Positions 1 to 9,278 of a DNA stretch of 64,000 nucleotides are shown here, in pieces. The position numbers were made by a program, and so were the translations under genes. A model generated the notes under the pieces. The model saw nothing but the letters and a program-made list of their open reading frames with translations. It did not search any database and was not told where the DNA came from. Origin of the DNA: Thermoplasmatota archaeon (lineage in GTDB: Archaea; Thermoplasmatota; Penumbrarchaeia; Penumbrarchaeales; Penumbrarchaeaceae); NCBI GenBank assembly GCA_025457865.1, contig JALOTP010000001.1, forward strand, positions 14,616-78,615. The letters are read 5' to 3'. How positions within the stretch are numbered: position 1 is the stretch's first letter; each line of letters starts with the position of its first letter.

Positions 1-121
1 AGATCGAATCACATGTTACTATTGTACGTTGGTGATAGTTGAATTTTCCGGTTCATTGTCTGAAATTCGGACCAATATCCGCACCAAAAGGTATTTTTTC
101 CGGGGAGCCTCTAGAGCGGTC

Positions 122-2533
122 ATGGGAGATCTCCGCTCTGATAGGAGCCTGCTAGCGTTCGCACTATTGGCAGGGATAGTATTGATATTACCAGTCCAGC
201 TCGCGGCCGACCATGGGACGAGAGGAGAGGTGGGTGGTTACATGAAAGGTGAGCTGATATACAATTCCACAAGGTCGCTCTCCGGGGGTTTGGGCGTCGG
301 TGATGTTGACGATGACGGTGAGGTCGAGGTCATATTCTGTGATTTCGAGGGCAACGTGGTCATGCTGGAAGCATCGCAGGACGGGTCATTCAGGGCAGGT
401 AAGATCTGGCAGGAAGGTGGGGAGCCCGGAACGGACAAAGGGCTCTTCGACCTGGTCATAATGGATGCCCTGAGCACGAGCGATGGACCTGAGATATTGG
501 TGGGCGGGTATTCCGGGAAGCTGTATGCGGTCCATAAGAACGGCGAGGATTGGACCTCGACCGTTCTTGTGAGGTCCCCGTTCAGGATCTTTGAGATAGA
601 GCTTGGCGACATCGACCCAGCCGTAGGCGAAGAGGTTCTTTACGGTTCCATGCAGAACGACCAGGTGACCCCGGACCGGTACCTCCGGTACGTAAGGAGG
701 ACGGCCGGTGACAATTACGAACAGGTCGAGGTCCCTGTCCCGGAGGCGGTAAAGGCCATAGATGTGGCCGATGCCGACCCGGATGTCGAGGGGGAGGAGA
801 TATGGATCACCACCTCTGCCTGGAATGACAAAGGGGGGACCGAATCGACCCTCGTCGAGCTATGGAACGAGGGCGGGACTTGGAAGAACAGAGTGATGTT
901 CACGGACCCCAACAATCTCCTTACCAACGTCAAGGTCGGCGAGCTCTGGTCAGGGCATGATGGGAACGAGATGGTCATAACATCACTTGGTGGTTGGTGC
1001 TACCTAGGCTATATGGAAGGGGGCATCCTGAAGGTCAAACCCATCTTCGAGGCCAAGACCGAAACGGGTTCCAACTTTGGTCTGGAAGGCCTGGCCATGG
1101 GTGATATCAATCCAAGGCACCCTGGGGACGAAGCACTGGTGACGGGGTATTACAATAGGGTGTATCAGGTCGTTGAGGTCTCGGGCGAGGTCATAGCCGA
1201 TCTGGCCTGGGAGAAGGACAGCGAGGAGATGAAGCTTGAGCTATCCGGGGTGGAGATAGCCGATGTCACCGCTGTCCATCCAGGGAACGAGGGGCTCATT
1301 GCATCCCTCCAGGGCTGGATAGAGATGCTCAATTATGAACAGGACGGGCTCTCCGTATCGATCCCGGGACAAAGGTTCGAACTCGTCCAGGGAGGTGAGG
1401 TGAGGGTCCCTCTCAGGATAGTTCCAAGCGGTCTCCTCAGAGGTCCCCTGGTCCTTGAGATCGAGACCGACCCTTCGATCAATGTAATGTACCCCACCGG
1501 TCTCAACATAGATGACCATGACCCGCTGGACCTCATGGTCGTTATCGAGGCTAAAGGTCCCTTGAGCAACAGGGACATTGACATAGGGGTGCAGGCCAAG
1601 GTCGGAACGTACACTGACCAAGGCACCATCCGCCTAAGCCTTGAAGGTTCAGGAAGCTCATTGACCCTGTTCACCGAACCTGCATCTGGCGTCGTTTATA
1701 CCGCACTTGGGTCCCACCTTCGAGTGAGGGTGGGAATACTAGGTGGAGAGGAGTATGATGCCCTGGACCTCGAGGTCAGCGATTCAGAAGGGCTGCTGAC
1801 CAGTGTGAACACCCCTATCGTTCCCGGAGAGGATGAGTACATGACCATCCTGCCGATAAAAGGGGTATCTTTGGGCATGCGTTCCGTGACAGTGACAGCC
1901 AGCTATGCGGGGGTAGCGGTCTCCGAGGCTGATTTCATCATAGAGGTCAGGAAGCTCTCCGACGATCTGGACGCGGTGGTCACCAGGATAGATGACCAAC
2001 GGTTCATCGCTAGATTGCTCTATAACGGTTCGGTCCCTGTCAACCATGTGTCTGTGGAGTTCATGTTGGGTTCCAAGAAGGTCGGTTCCTTCGATGATGT
2101 AACCCTTGGCCCAAGGTCCAACCTTTCCATCGATATACTGCTCGATAAGGGTGAGACCGGGATATTGACCGTCTTTATCGACGATTTAGGGCAAGAGGAG
2201 ATAGCGACCTACAATCTTGGCCTTATTGGACGGTCCTCAGATGGTAAAAGTGGGAAAATGGACATGTTCTGGGTGATAGTCGGGGTGTTGCTGGTGCTTA
2301 TTGCCCTGGTCTTCGTTGGGGTGGCCCTTATGTATTCCAGAGGGACCAGCGATTCGGATGCCCGGATAGACCGGATCGGAGATTACAGAGGTAGTAGGGT
2401 CAATCATCCTATGAACCGTGAGAGGACCATTGCTCGGGGGCAGATGGGCAGGATGCCGCCCGAGAGACAAGCCCCCAGAAGGGCACCCCCTCCTCCCTTC
2501 AGAACCCAGGGAAGGGGCCCAGGCGGACGGTAG
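122..2533 (+). CDS. Type I membrane surface protein: 7 FG-GAP-like repeats (beta-propeller), about 3 Ig-like domains, TM helix, Arg/Pro-rich tail
   Basis: Signal-like N-terminus from ATG 122 (the ORF track start at 29 is probably an overcall); seven 'hhhGD(h)D..xxGxEhhh' repeats; C-terminal hydrophobic helix FWVIVGVLLVLIALVFVGVALMY. Confidence 0.75.
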   Translation: MGDLRSDRSLLAFALLAGIVLILPVQLAADHGTRGEVGGYMKGELIYNSTRSLSGGLGVGDVDDDGEVEVIFCDFEGNVVMLEASQDGSFRAGKIWQEGGEPGTDKGLFDLVIMDALSTSDGPEILVGGYSGKLYAVHKNGEDWTSTVLVRSPFRIFEIELGDIDPAVGEEVLYGSMQNDQVTPDRYLRYVRRTAGDNYEQVEVPVPEAVKAIDVADADPDVEGEEIWITTSAWNDKGGTESTLVELWNEGGTWKNRVMFTDPNNLLTNVKVGELWSGHDGNEMVITSLGGWCYLGYMEGGILKVKPIFEAKTETGSNFGLEGLAMGDINPRHPGDEALVTGYYNRVYQVVEVSGEVIADLAWEKDSEEMKLELSGVEIADVTAVHPGNEGLIASLQGWIEMLNYEQDGLSVSIPGQRFELVQGGEVRVPLRIVPSGLLRGPLVLEIETDPSINVMYPTGLNIDDHDPLDLMVVIEAKGPLSNRDIDIGVQAKVGTYTDQGTIRLSLEGSGSSLTLFTEPASGVVYTALGSHLRVRVGILGGEEYDALDLEVSDSEGLLTSVNTPIVPGEDEYMTILPIKGVSLGMRSVTVTASYAGVAVSEADFIIEVRKLSDDLDAVVTRIDDQRFIARLLYNGSVPVNHVSVEFMLGSKKVGSFDDVTLGPRSNLSIDILLDKGETGILTVFIDDLGQEEIATYNLGLIGRSSDGKSGKMDMFWVIVGVLLVLIALVFVGVALMYSRGTSDSDARIDRIGDYRGSRVNHPMNRERTIARGQMGRMPPERQAPRRAPPPPFRTQGRGPGGR

Positions 2534-2594
2534 CTCTGCGGCCCGGTGCCCGGAGCCGGTTATGAGGCTTCAGAATGACATATCCATTTTATCC

Positions 2595-2610
2595 GACAAA
2601 GGTTAAATAA
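2595..2610 (+). promoter_or_regulatory. BRE/TATA promoter of tRNA-Met
   Basis: GACAAAGG-TTAAATAA about 37 nt upstream of the mature tRNA 5' end. Confidence 0.6.
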
Positions 2611-2646
2611 AAACAGTTCATAGAGGCGGACCGCACCTGAGCATCT

Positions 2647-2766
2647 GTCGGGGTGGCTCAGCCTGGTGGAGCGTCGGACTCATAGGGGCCCAAGGGGCAA
2701 TAATCAATGCTCCCAGGATCCGGAGAAATCCGGAGGTCGCGGGTTCGAACCCCGCCCCCGACACCA
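2647..2766 (+). tRNA. Elongator tRNA-Met(CAU) with 43-nt intron at 37/38 (2685-2727), CCA encoded
   Basis: Acceptor stem GTCGGGG/CCCCGAC+A+CCA; D-stem GCTC/GAGC; anticodon stem TCGGA/TCCGG; CAT at 2681-2683; T-arm GCGGG-TTCGAAC-CCCGC; the intron folds into a hairpin. It lacks initiator hallmarks. Confidence 0.92.
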
Positions 2767-2819
2767 ATGTTGATGTTATCAATAAGAATATTAGAACGGT
2801 ATAATTACACTTGACGTTA

Positions 2820-2833
2820 GGGGTTCGAACCCC
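2820..2833. repeat. 14-bp perfect palindrome GGGGTTCGAACCCC; 13 bp are identical to the tRNA-Met T-arm (2741-2753)
   Basis: Direct sequence comparison; separated from the tRNA by an AT-rich spacer of about 53 nt. Confidence 0.8.
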
Positions 2834-2838
2834 ACTCA

Positions 2839-4539
2839 TCATTTAACATCATCTTTTTTCGTCCTTCTAATCTTCCTCGACCAGAGATAATACGCTCCGG
2901 CACCGACGGCAATTAAAGCGACCGGTATGAGGATGAGGACCATTCCACCTGCCCCCTCCTTTGGCTCAGTGACCCTGATCTGACCCGTTGTCCATCCTAT
3001 CATACCCAGCTTGTTCTTGACCCTGAGGGTTATCTCATAGGTCCCTGCCTTCCCATAGGTATGTTCGGACCTGGTCCCTGTCGAGTTCTCTCCGTCCCCC
3101 CACTCCCAGCTGTATTCGACAATCCCCTCCCCGCTCATGTCATAGGACCTTGAGCCGTCCACCTTGACCTTGAGGCCGCTGGTCCAGTTCTCGAACATGG
3201 CCACGGGTCCCGTGTTCTTGAAGAGGAAAGGCCCCTCTTCCTGTCTAGCGAACATAACGGCCGATAGCCTTGCATTGGGCCCGTCATCACCGTCCTTCCC
3301 GTATGTCAGGATCAACCTTCCGTACTCGTCCACATCGCATGTGAAGAAATCCCCCAGGTCCCTGTCGGAGTCGCCACCTGTCCCGGTGGTGCGGATGGCC
3401 CCGGTATGTACGTTCGGTTCTATGGTCGTGATAAGGAAGGAGACGTTATCAGAGAACGAATCCGTCGAGATAGCACCCTGAACGGACCAAACAGCATCGG
3501 TCTTCTCATCCGAGGAACCGTTGACATCGGGTGTATCGTACCATGTGAGCGCTATCCTTCCAGGATCTCCTGCAACGACCCAAGGGAAGACCCTAGTTCC
3601 ATCGGTGTCCGTCACCTGGAACACATCCCAGGTGACCCCTTTGTCCTGGGACCTTGCAAGGAAGATATGAGCTTGAGTGGACCAGGTCAGATAGACGTTG
3701 CCGAGCATGTCAACATCAGCGGCAATGAAGATATTATTGGCATCATCGCCCGATGATATGACCTGATGTCTAGAGAAGGTGTCCGCCCCATCTGTAGAGA
3801 CATAGACCGCTATCCCGCCCCCGTCCTTGTTCGGAAGGTATATCGTCCCATCGACCGGGTCAACGGCAAAGTGGTCCCTGGACTGAACGCTTCCCGTGAC
3901 CGCCTGCCTTCTGTTCCCCATGGTCCAGAACATGCCCCGGCTGGACCATTGCGCCCTCTGTATGACCAATCCCAAAGGGATGTCGTTGTAGATCATGTAG
4001 AGCGTTTCGGTCTGGGCTCCAGGAGGTGTCCCCACCGTCGGTCCCATGGCGAGCCACTGTCTGTCGCCCATCCTGGTCTTTGTAGCCAGAGGGTTCCTGA
4101 TCCAGGTCTCACCCCCATCCTTGGATGTATCTATGGTCGAACTCCAGAGGTATAGGTCAGTATAGTAGATCGTGCCGTCCTTCGCTATGGCTGTGTAAGA
4201 GTCGCCGGACCCTCCAGCGTTCCTACCGTAAGGATGGGGCTCCCAGGTCTCCCCGTGGTCCTTGGATATCCAAAGGTTCCCGCTCTGACCACCGAGCCAT
4301 CCTGTAGGGGAATCTATGTAGATCCATTCCGTACCATCGATTCCGGGACCGGCTGCGATATGGGGTTCGAACCCACCTCCTTCGGAACCCGGGACCTGGC
4401 TTACGAAGAACTTGATATCCTTGTGAACGGTGGGACCAAAGGAGCCATCGGCGGCTTGGGCGCCAGCATCGTTCGGGGTTTGGATCACCGTTGGAATGGA
4501 CATCAACAAGAGCAGGAAGAAGGGCAGTAAATTTTTCAA
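2839..4539 (-). CDS. Membrane-anchored BNR/Asp-box (sialidase-like) beta-propeller protein with PKD domain
   Basis: Signal peptide; Asp-boxes SKDHGETW, SKDGGETW, STDGADTF, SQDKGVTW; PKD motif 'YSWEWGDG...HTYGKAGTYEITLRV'; C-terminal TM followed by basic residues; TTG start. Confidence 0.75.
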   Translation of the reverse strand: MKNLLPFFLLLLMSIPTVIQTPNDAGAQAADGSFGPTVHKDIKFFVSQVPGSEGGGFEPHIAAGPGIDGTEWIYIDSPTGWLGGQSGNLWISKDHGETWEPHPYGRNAGGSGDSYTAIAKDGTIYYTDLYLWSSTIDTSKDGGETWIRNPLATKTRMGDRQWLAMGPTVGTPPGAQTETLYMIYNDIPLGLVIQRAQWSSRGMFWTMGNRRQAVTGSVQSRDHFAVDPVDGTIYLPNKDGGGIAVYVSTDGADTFSRHQVISSGDDANNIFIAADVDMLGNVYLTWSTQAHIFLARSQDKGVTWDVFQVTDTDGTRVFPWVVAGDPGRIALTWYDTPDVNGSSDEKTDAVWSVQGAISTDSFSDNVSFLITTIEPNVHTGAIRTTGTGGDSDRDLGDFFTCDVDEYGRLILTYGKDGDDGPNARLSAVMFARQEEGPFLFKNTGPVAMFENWTSGLKVKVDGSRSYDMSGEGIVEYSWEWGDGENSTGTRSEHTYGKAGTYEITLRVKNKLGMIGWTTGQIRVTEPKEGAGGMVLILIPVALIAVGAGAYYLWSRKIRRTKKDDVK

Positions 4540-4781
4540 GTGAGGTTCTCCCGGAGAACTGTCCAGGAGCGGAATCGATCATCGCTCTTAAATAATTTGG
4601 CAGACAAACCCACATCATCAAGCGAAAGGCGGTCCTGTAGCCAAAAGACCCCCCCAATTGATGAATGATCTGGTTTTCACCTCAGGGAAAACCGACCTCC
4701 GGGATAGAGGGGCAGATCAGGGGCGCAAATGGATATGGCTTTGAACTTTCCATGGATGGAGGATAGGTTCGACCAGACGGG

Positions 4782-5333
4782 TCAGCGCTCCTTTCTGTAT
4801 GTCTCCAACCGGTCTACCATCTCATTCAGGGAATCCCTATCTATCTCTCCGTCCAGGAACCGGTTCACAAGGGATAGGAACACCTCATCGGCTATCCTTT
4901 CACGGGTGACCACTTCGTAACCTAGACCCTCCTCTCCCCTTCTCCGCCATATCAGTCTCCGCTCCTTGAGGCGGTTCAGGTTGTAGACGAATGTCCCGTT
5001 TCCCAATCCTGACCTCTTCTTCAGTACCGAGAATTGGACCCCTGGGGATGTCGCAATTATATCGAGCAGTCTCTGCTGCTCTTCGTTCAATTCGATGCTT
5101 CCCTCCGAATAGGGGTAACATTTCCTTATGAACGGATAATAGCATCTCTTTCCTCCATGTTTCTCCAGGGCGATCCTCCTCTTCTTCTGGAGGTAGTCAA
5201 GGTGGTACCTCAATGTCCCATCGGTCATCTTGAAGACATCCTTGAGAAGGACGAAGGATGCTCCTGGATTGTCACTAATATATTTTAGGAGCAGTCCTCT
5301 GGACTTGTGGTCTTTGTATCCTTGGACGTTCAT
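4782..5333 (-). CDS. Tandem winged-HTH transcriptional regulator (ArsR/MarR-like, COG3398-type)
   Basis: Two wHTH units ('ISDNPG...GTLRYHLDYL' and 'IATSPG...GTFVYNLNRL'); ATG 5333 preceded by GGTGG. Confidence 0.75.
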   Translation of the reverse strand: MNVQGYKDHKSRGLLLKYISDNPGASFVLLKDVFKMTDGTLRYHLDYLQKKRRIALEKHGGKRCYYPFIRKCYPYSEGSIELNEEQQRLLDIIATSPGVQFSVLKKRSGLGNGTFVYNLNRLKERRLIWRRRGEEGLGYEVVTRERIADEVFLSLVNRFLDGEIDRDSLNEMVDRLETYRKER

Positions 5334-5352
5334 CCAACCACCTTTGGGAAGT

Positions 5353-8300
5353 TCATTCCTCCCTGATCCTCTCAAGGACCGATATGTACCTCCTGAAATC
5401 CTCTTCGGATAGGTCGCCCCCTTCCATCCTCTTCCTCAGCCTGGAACCGATCCGGTCGAGGTTGTGCCGCTCTGGAAGGTCCCGTCCATCAGCGAGCAGG
5501 TCATCCAGATACGGAGATAGTTGCGATCCCAACCCGTAGTTCCATGGAGATGGGGCCGCTACGATCGGCCTCTCATCATCATCTGTACGATCGTTATTTA
5601 ATCCTTTCTCGTCCCCGTAGCTACCCATCATCCCCCTCCAACGCATGAACAGGAGGGAAATGACGATGAACAGAGCCAGGACAATTATCATTAAAAGGAT
5701 TAAAACGATAGACACCATAGGGAAACTTTGGGACCTTTCAGGTTCGGAAGATGAGATATCCACATCAACGTCCGTTGGATCAGGTAGATAGAGGAAGACC
5801 TTGTACGAACCACCAGTATCGATCAGGTAGAAGAGCGGTTCGGAACCGTTCGCAGTAAGGACCTCTTCGAGCGAACTTGCCATCTTGACCTTGATACCGT
5901 CCACCTCTACGACGACCGAACCGTCCTCCGAGACCTCTAGTAGCTCCTTGGAGACCTCGAAAACGACCACCTTAGGGTCAGGATCGGGGCTCTCCACATG
6001 CAATGAAACGGACCCATCCTCGATACCTTCGACCGTTACTTTGAAGCCGGTCTCGTTCATGAGAACCTTGCCGTTGCCGTTCCCATCGATGTAGATCGAG
6101 GCCCCCACATCCGTGATATCTGAAGGGGGCTCGGCATCCTCCGAAAACACCCAGAAACCGCTACTGGTCGTATCAGAGAGACCATCATTGTCCACTACGG
6201 TCAGAGTTGCCTTGTAGTATCCAATAAGATCGAACTCTATTGAGATCTGCACCTCAGAGTACAACTGCCCGTCTATCACCCAACTGAAGAAAGTGATGTT
6301 CCCATCTGGATCTGTAGAGCCCTTACCGCTGAATGTCACCTTAGACCCGGAATAGGTTATGGCTATGTTCGCGATGGGGGCCTTCTTTTCAATAATGGTC
6401 CCCCCATCCTCTCCTGTCACTTTTAAGGTGTATGTATCTTTTACAGGCAGTCTGCCGCTCCGACCTGTCACATCTTCGGTCTCGAAGAAGTAGGCATGGG
6501 TACCAATGGAAAGCTTTGTGGAATAATGATACCTCACACCTGTCTTGATGTCTGTGCCGTTCCCTGCCTCCATTTCGAACGATGCGCCGTCTATGTAGAC
6601 GACCATATTCTCAGGGTCATCACCATCCAAGTCCCTGTAAGTGCAGGAGAAGTTGAATTCGGTCGATACGTTCCCTGCGCCTGGGGAGACAAGGGCATCT
6701 AGCAGCATCGGAGGATGCGGCTCAAGGACCGTTAGTGTATGATATTGACCCTTTCCCGGGTCCCTCAGGGTCCCGTGGTCGTTCTCTGCAAGGAAGTAAT
6801 AGGTGTGGTTCCCCTTCGAGAGCATCGTCTTGAAAAAGTATTGCATCCCGGTCAGTGTGTTCCCGCCGACCATTGCCATTTCGTGGACATCGTTATCGAT
6901 GAAGACCTGAACGTAATCCGGGTCCATTCCCGATGTGTCCCTGAACGTCACGGTGAAGTTCAGGGCCGTATCGGTGTAGGCGACCTTTGGATTTACATCA
7001 ATGCCGTAGAGGGAGGAATGGCCGTCCACAGTCAATCTCAATTCCCCCTCATAGGGGTAGATGTTGTAGGCACCACCTTGTATTGTCGCCTTGAAATGGT
7101 ATGTATGCTCGCCGGGGGTAAGGACCATCTTCTTCTTGCAGACACGGTAGGTCTCGTTCGAATAATTCCCATATCCTGTATTGATCTTTGGACCGATCTC
7201 CATGCTGTAGGGGTCACCATCCATTATCATCTGAACGGATGTTGGGTCATTGCCCTTCCAGTCCGTATAGTTGATCCTGAACTCGAACTCCGTAAGGTCG
7301 TTCCCTTCCTTTGGTGTGATGGAAGGATTGTAGAGGTCAGGTATGTGATCGAAGACATCGAAGGACAGTTCCCCGCTCAAGGGGTATCTGAGCGGATAGA
7401 GCTGGCTGTCAATGAACTCGAAATGGTACTTGAATGTCCCGGTATAGCCGCTCGTGTTGGAGTAATACATTGGGTTCCACCAGTTGTAGAACCTTCTGGT
7501 ATTGTTCTCCAACCAATAATAGTCCCATAGACCGTATCTTTCACCGTTCACCACAACATAGTATTCTTGAGGCCAATCACCGGTTTTATCGGTGTAATCG
7601 ACAAAGAACTGGACCTCCCTATACTTCTCCGAGACGCGAGGGCTCACATGGCCGTTGGACAGCGATGTGAGACCCGGTGTACCCATCACTGTGATGTTCG
7701 TATCGTTGGTCTGCGAGTAGGCCTCCAATCCGGTCCTGTCGTGACCGTAGAAGTAAACATAGTGATTGCCCGGGTTCCTGACCGTGGACTTCAGCTCGCA
7801 GAGGACACCGTTCTTGTAATCTGTCCCCTTTATGGTCATCGATCCGTTCCCGTTCTGCAGTCCCATCCCATAATCCTCTATTCGGACGTAGGATGGAGGG
7901 TCCCCGTTCTCGTCCTTGTACCATACCCTGAATGTGAACTCTGTTGAAGCGTTCCCTTCCTTTGGGGTCACAGAGGAGTTGTAAAGGAAAGGTGGAGTGT
8001 AATTCCCACCAGCGGTCATAGTAAGGAAACCTGTCTCGGGAAAACGCACCTCTGTCCATTCATATGACCAGTTGGTGTAGGTCCGGTGGTATGTATTGAA
8101 GTAATATTCATGGGTCCCCGTATAGAGCGAAAGGGAACCACTGAAATTCAGACCGGTTTTAATATCCTCCTCATCATTCCAATATGCATATAGCTCAATA
8201 TAATTATTATAATACCCATCATTGTGGTTTATGACCAATGCAGGGTTGTTATAAGGAAAATCCCCATCGATGTCCTTGTACCAGATGCTGAAAGTAAAAG

Positions 8301-9093
8301 TTGTATTTCGTGCATCCCCGGTCTTCGGGGTCAAGCCAGGATCGTAGAGTTCCGGTGGGTGGTCGGGGACATAGAAATAAGAAAAAGGGGTCATGGAGAA
8401 TAACCTGGTGGTATCGTTCGCATAGAAGTAATATCCCCAATGGTTCCTGTAAGGGACCGTCCAGTTGCATTTTAGCAGGACTCCGTTCTTATAATCCGAC
8501 CCTGAAGGGACCATGGTGACCTTATCTGAGTATTCGATCAATAGGTACGCATTTTTCAAAGGGCTGCCATCCTGGTCCTTATACCAGACCGAGAACTCAA
8601 TTACCTCATCCACCTCAGGTTCAGAGTTGGATATGCTCCAATTAAAGAGCTGGGGTTTATTGTAGCCTGCATCGACGGTGAAGCTGAGCGTCCCAGTTGA
8701 TGGATACCTGAAGGTCCTATTGAAATAATCATCATAGACCTGGAAATAGAACTGATGGGTCCCTGATCCGAAATTGAAGCTGTAATAGCTGAATACCATG
8801 TCGGACCCCGACCAGGTCATGTTGCTCATCGAATAGAACTGGTCATCGACGATAACGGTCAGATTGTTAGGCCAATCCCCATCGGCATCATAGTACGTCA
8901 CATAAAACACGAACGTATCGTTCTTGGGATCCCCTGATGTAGGTGTGACGCCGCCTTTCGAGAGGACCGGATCGCTCCTGCCGGGAGGCTCGGGACCTGC
9001 AACAGCGGGAACCACCGAGGCCATGATCATCACGGTCATGAGCTGGACCAACATCAATCCGCAAACAAGCATTGTTCTCGCATTGAACCTCAT
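5353..9093 (-). CDS. Large glycosylated surface protein: 8 tandem beta-sandwich repeats, PKD domain, TM helix, short cytoplasmic domain
   Basis: Signal peptide from ATG 9093; repeats 'PxLxxxxVTPxxG...FxFxVxYxDxDGDxP'; many N-x-S/T sequons; PKD-like 'FSGKGSTDPDGNITFFSW'; C-terminal TM. Confidence 0.75.
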   Translation of the reverse strand: MRFNARTMLVCGLMLVQLMTVMIMASVVPAVAGPEPPGRSDPVLSKGGVTPTSGDPKNDTFVFYVTYYDADGDWPNNLTVIVDDQFYSMSNMTWSGSDMVFSYYSFNFGSGTHQFYFQVYDDYFNRTFRYPSTGTLSFTVDAGYNKPQLFNWSISNSEPEVDEVIEFSVWYKDQDGSPLKNAYLLIEYSDKVTMVPSGSDYKNGVLLKCNWTVPYRNHWGYYFYANDTTRLFSMTPFSYFYVPDHPPELYDPGLTPKTGDARNTTFTFSIWYKDIDGDFPYNNPALVINHNDGYYNNYIELYAYWNDEEDIKTGLNFSGSLSLYTGTHEYYFNTYHRTYTNWSYEWTEVRFPETGFLTMTAGGNYTPPFLYNSSVTPKEGNASTEFTFRVWYKDENGDPPSYVRIEDYGMGLQNGNGSMTIKGTDYKNGVLCELKSTVRNPGNHYVYFYGHDRTGLEAYSQTNDTNITVMGTPGLTSLSNGHVSPRVSEKYREVQFFVDYTDKTGDWPQEYYVVVNGERYGLWDYYWLENNTRRFYNWWNPMYYSNTSGYTGTFKYHFEFIDSQLYPLRYPLSGELSFDVFDHIPDLYNPSITPKEGNDLTEFEFRINYTDWKGNDPTSVQMIMDGDPYSMEIGPKINTGYGNYSNETYRVCKKKMVLTPGEHTYHFKATIQGGAYNIYPYEGELRLTVDGHSSLYGIDVNPKVAYTDTALNFTVTFRDTSGMDPDYVQVFIDNDVHEMAMVGGNTLTGMQYFFKTMLSKGNHTYYFLAENDHGTLRDPGKGQYHTLTVLEPHPPMLLDALVSPGAGNVSTEFNFSCTYRDLDGDDPENMVVYIDGASFEMEAGNGTDIKTGVRYHYSTKLSIGTHAYFFETEDVTGRSGRLPVKDTYTLKVTGEDGGTIIEKKAPIANIAITYSGSKVTFSGKGSTDPDGNITFFSWVIDGQLYSEVQISIEFDLIGYYKATLTVVDNDGLSDTTSSGFWVFSEDAEPPSDITDVGASIYIDGNGNGKVLMNETGFKVTVEGIEDGSVSLHVESPDPDPKVVVFEVSKELLEVSEDGSVVVEVDGIKVKMASSLEEVLTANGSEPLFYLIDTGGSYKVFLYLPDPTDVDVDISSSEPERSQSFPMVSIVLILLMIIVLALFIVISLLFMRWRGMMGSYGDEKGLNNDRTDDDERPIVAAPSPWNYGLGSQLSPYLDDLLADGRDLPERHNLDRIGSRLRKRMEGGDLSEEDFRRYISVLERIREE

Positions 9094-9278
9094 ATCCGAA
9101 TTCCTCCATGGGGGCCTTTTTCCGAAAAGCCCTAACATATGAGGTCTTATCAATAGGATATTAAAAGAGATTTATGGCCGATCAGTACATACGGGACTGG
9201 ACCTTTTCAGGTATTAATATTTTCTGACCGAATTCCTGTCCATCCGCTTTGGTACAGAAAATATGGAAAGGATCATTG

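Noticed and set aside
29-121. Longer N-termini proposed by the ORF track (also for 5375, 9153, 32336, 46110, 47572, 51532, 63408)
   Set aside because: Downstream ATGs have SD sequences or signal peptides and match family starts; the upstream extensions overlap promoters or neighbouring genes.
4362-4374. Third GGGGTTCGAACCC T-arm-like sequence
   Set aside because: Lies inside the sialidase-like CDS, encoding GFEP on the minus strand; no tRNA flanks, so likely chance.
4600-4720. Box C/D sRNA (TGATGA motifs on both strands)
   Set aside because: No properly spaced CTGA D/D' boxes.
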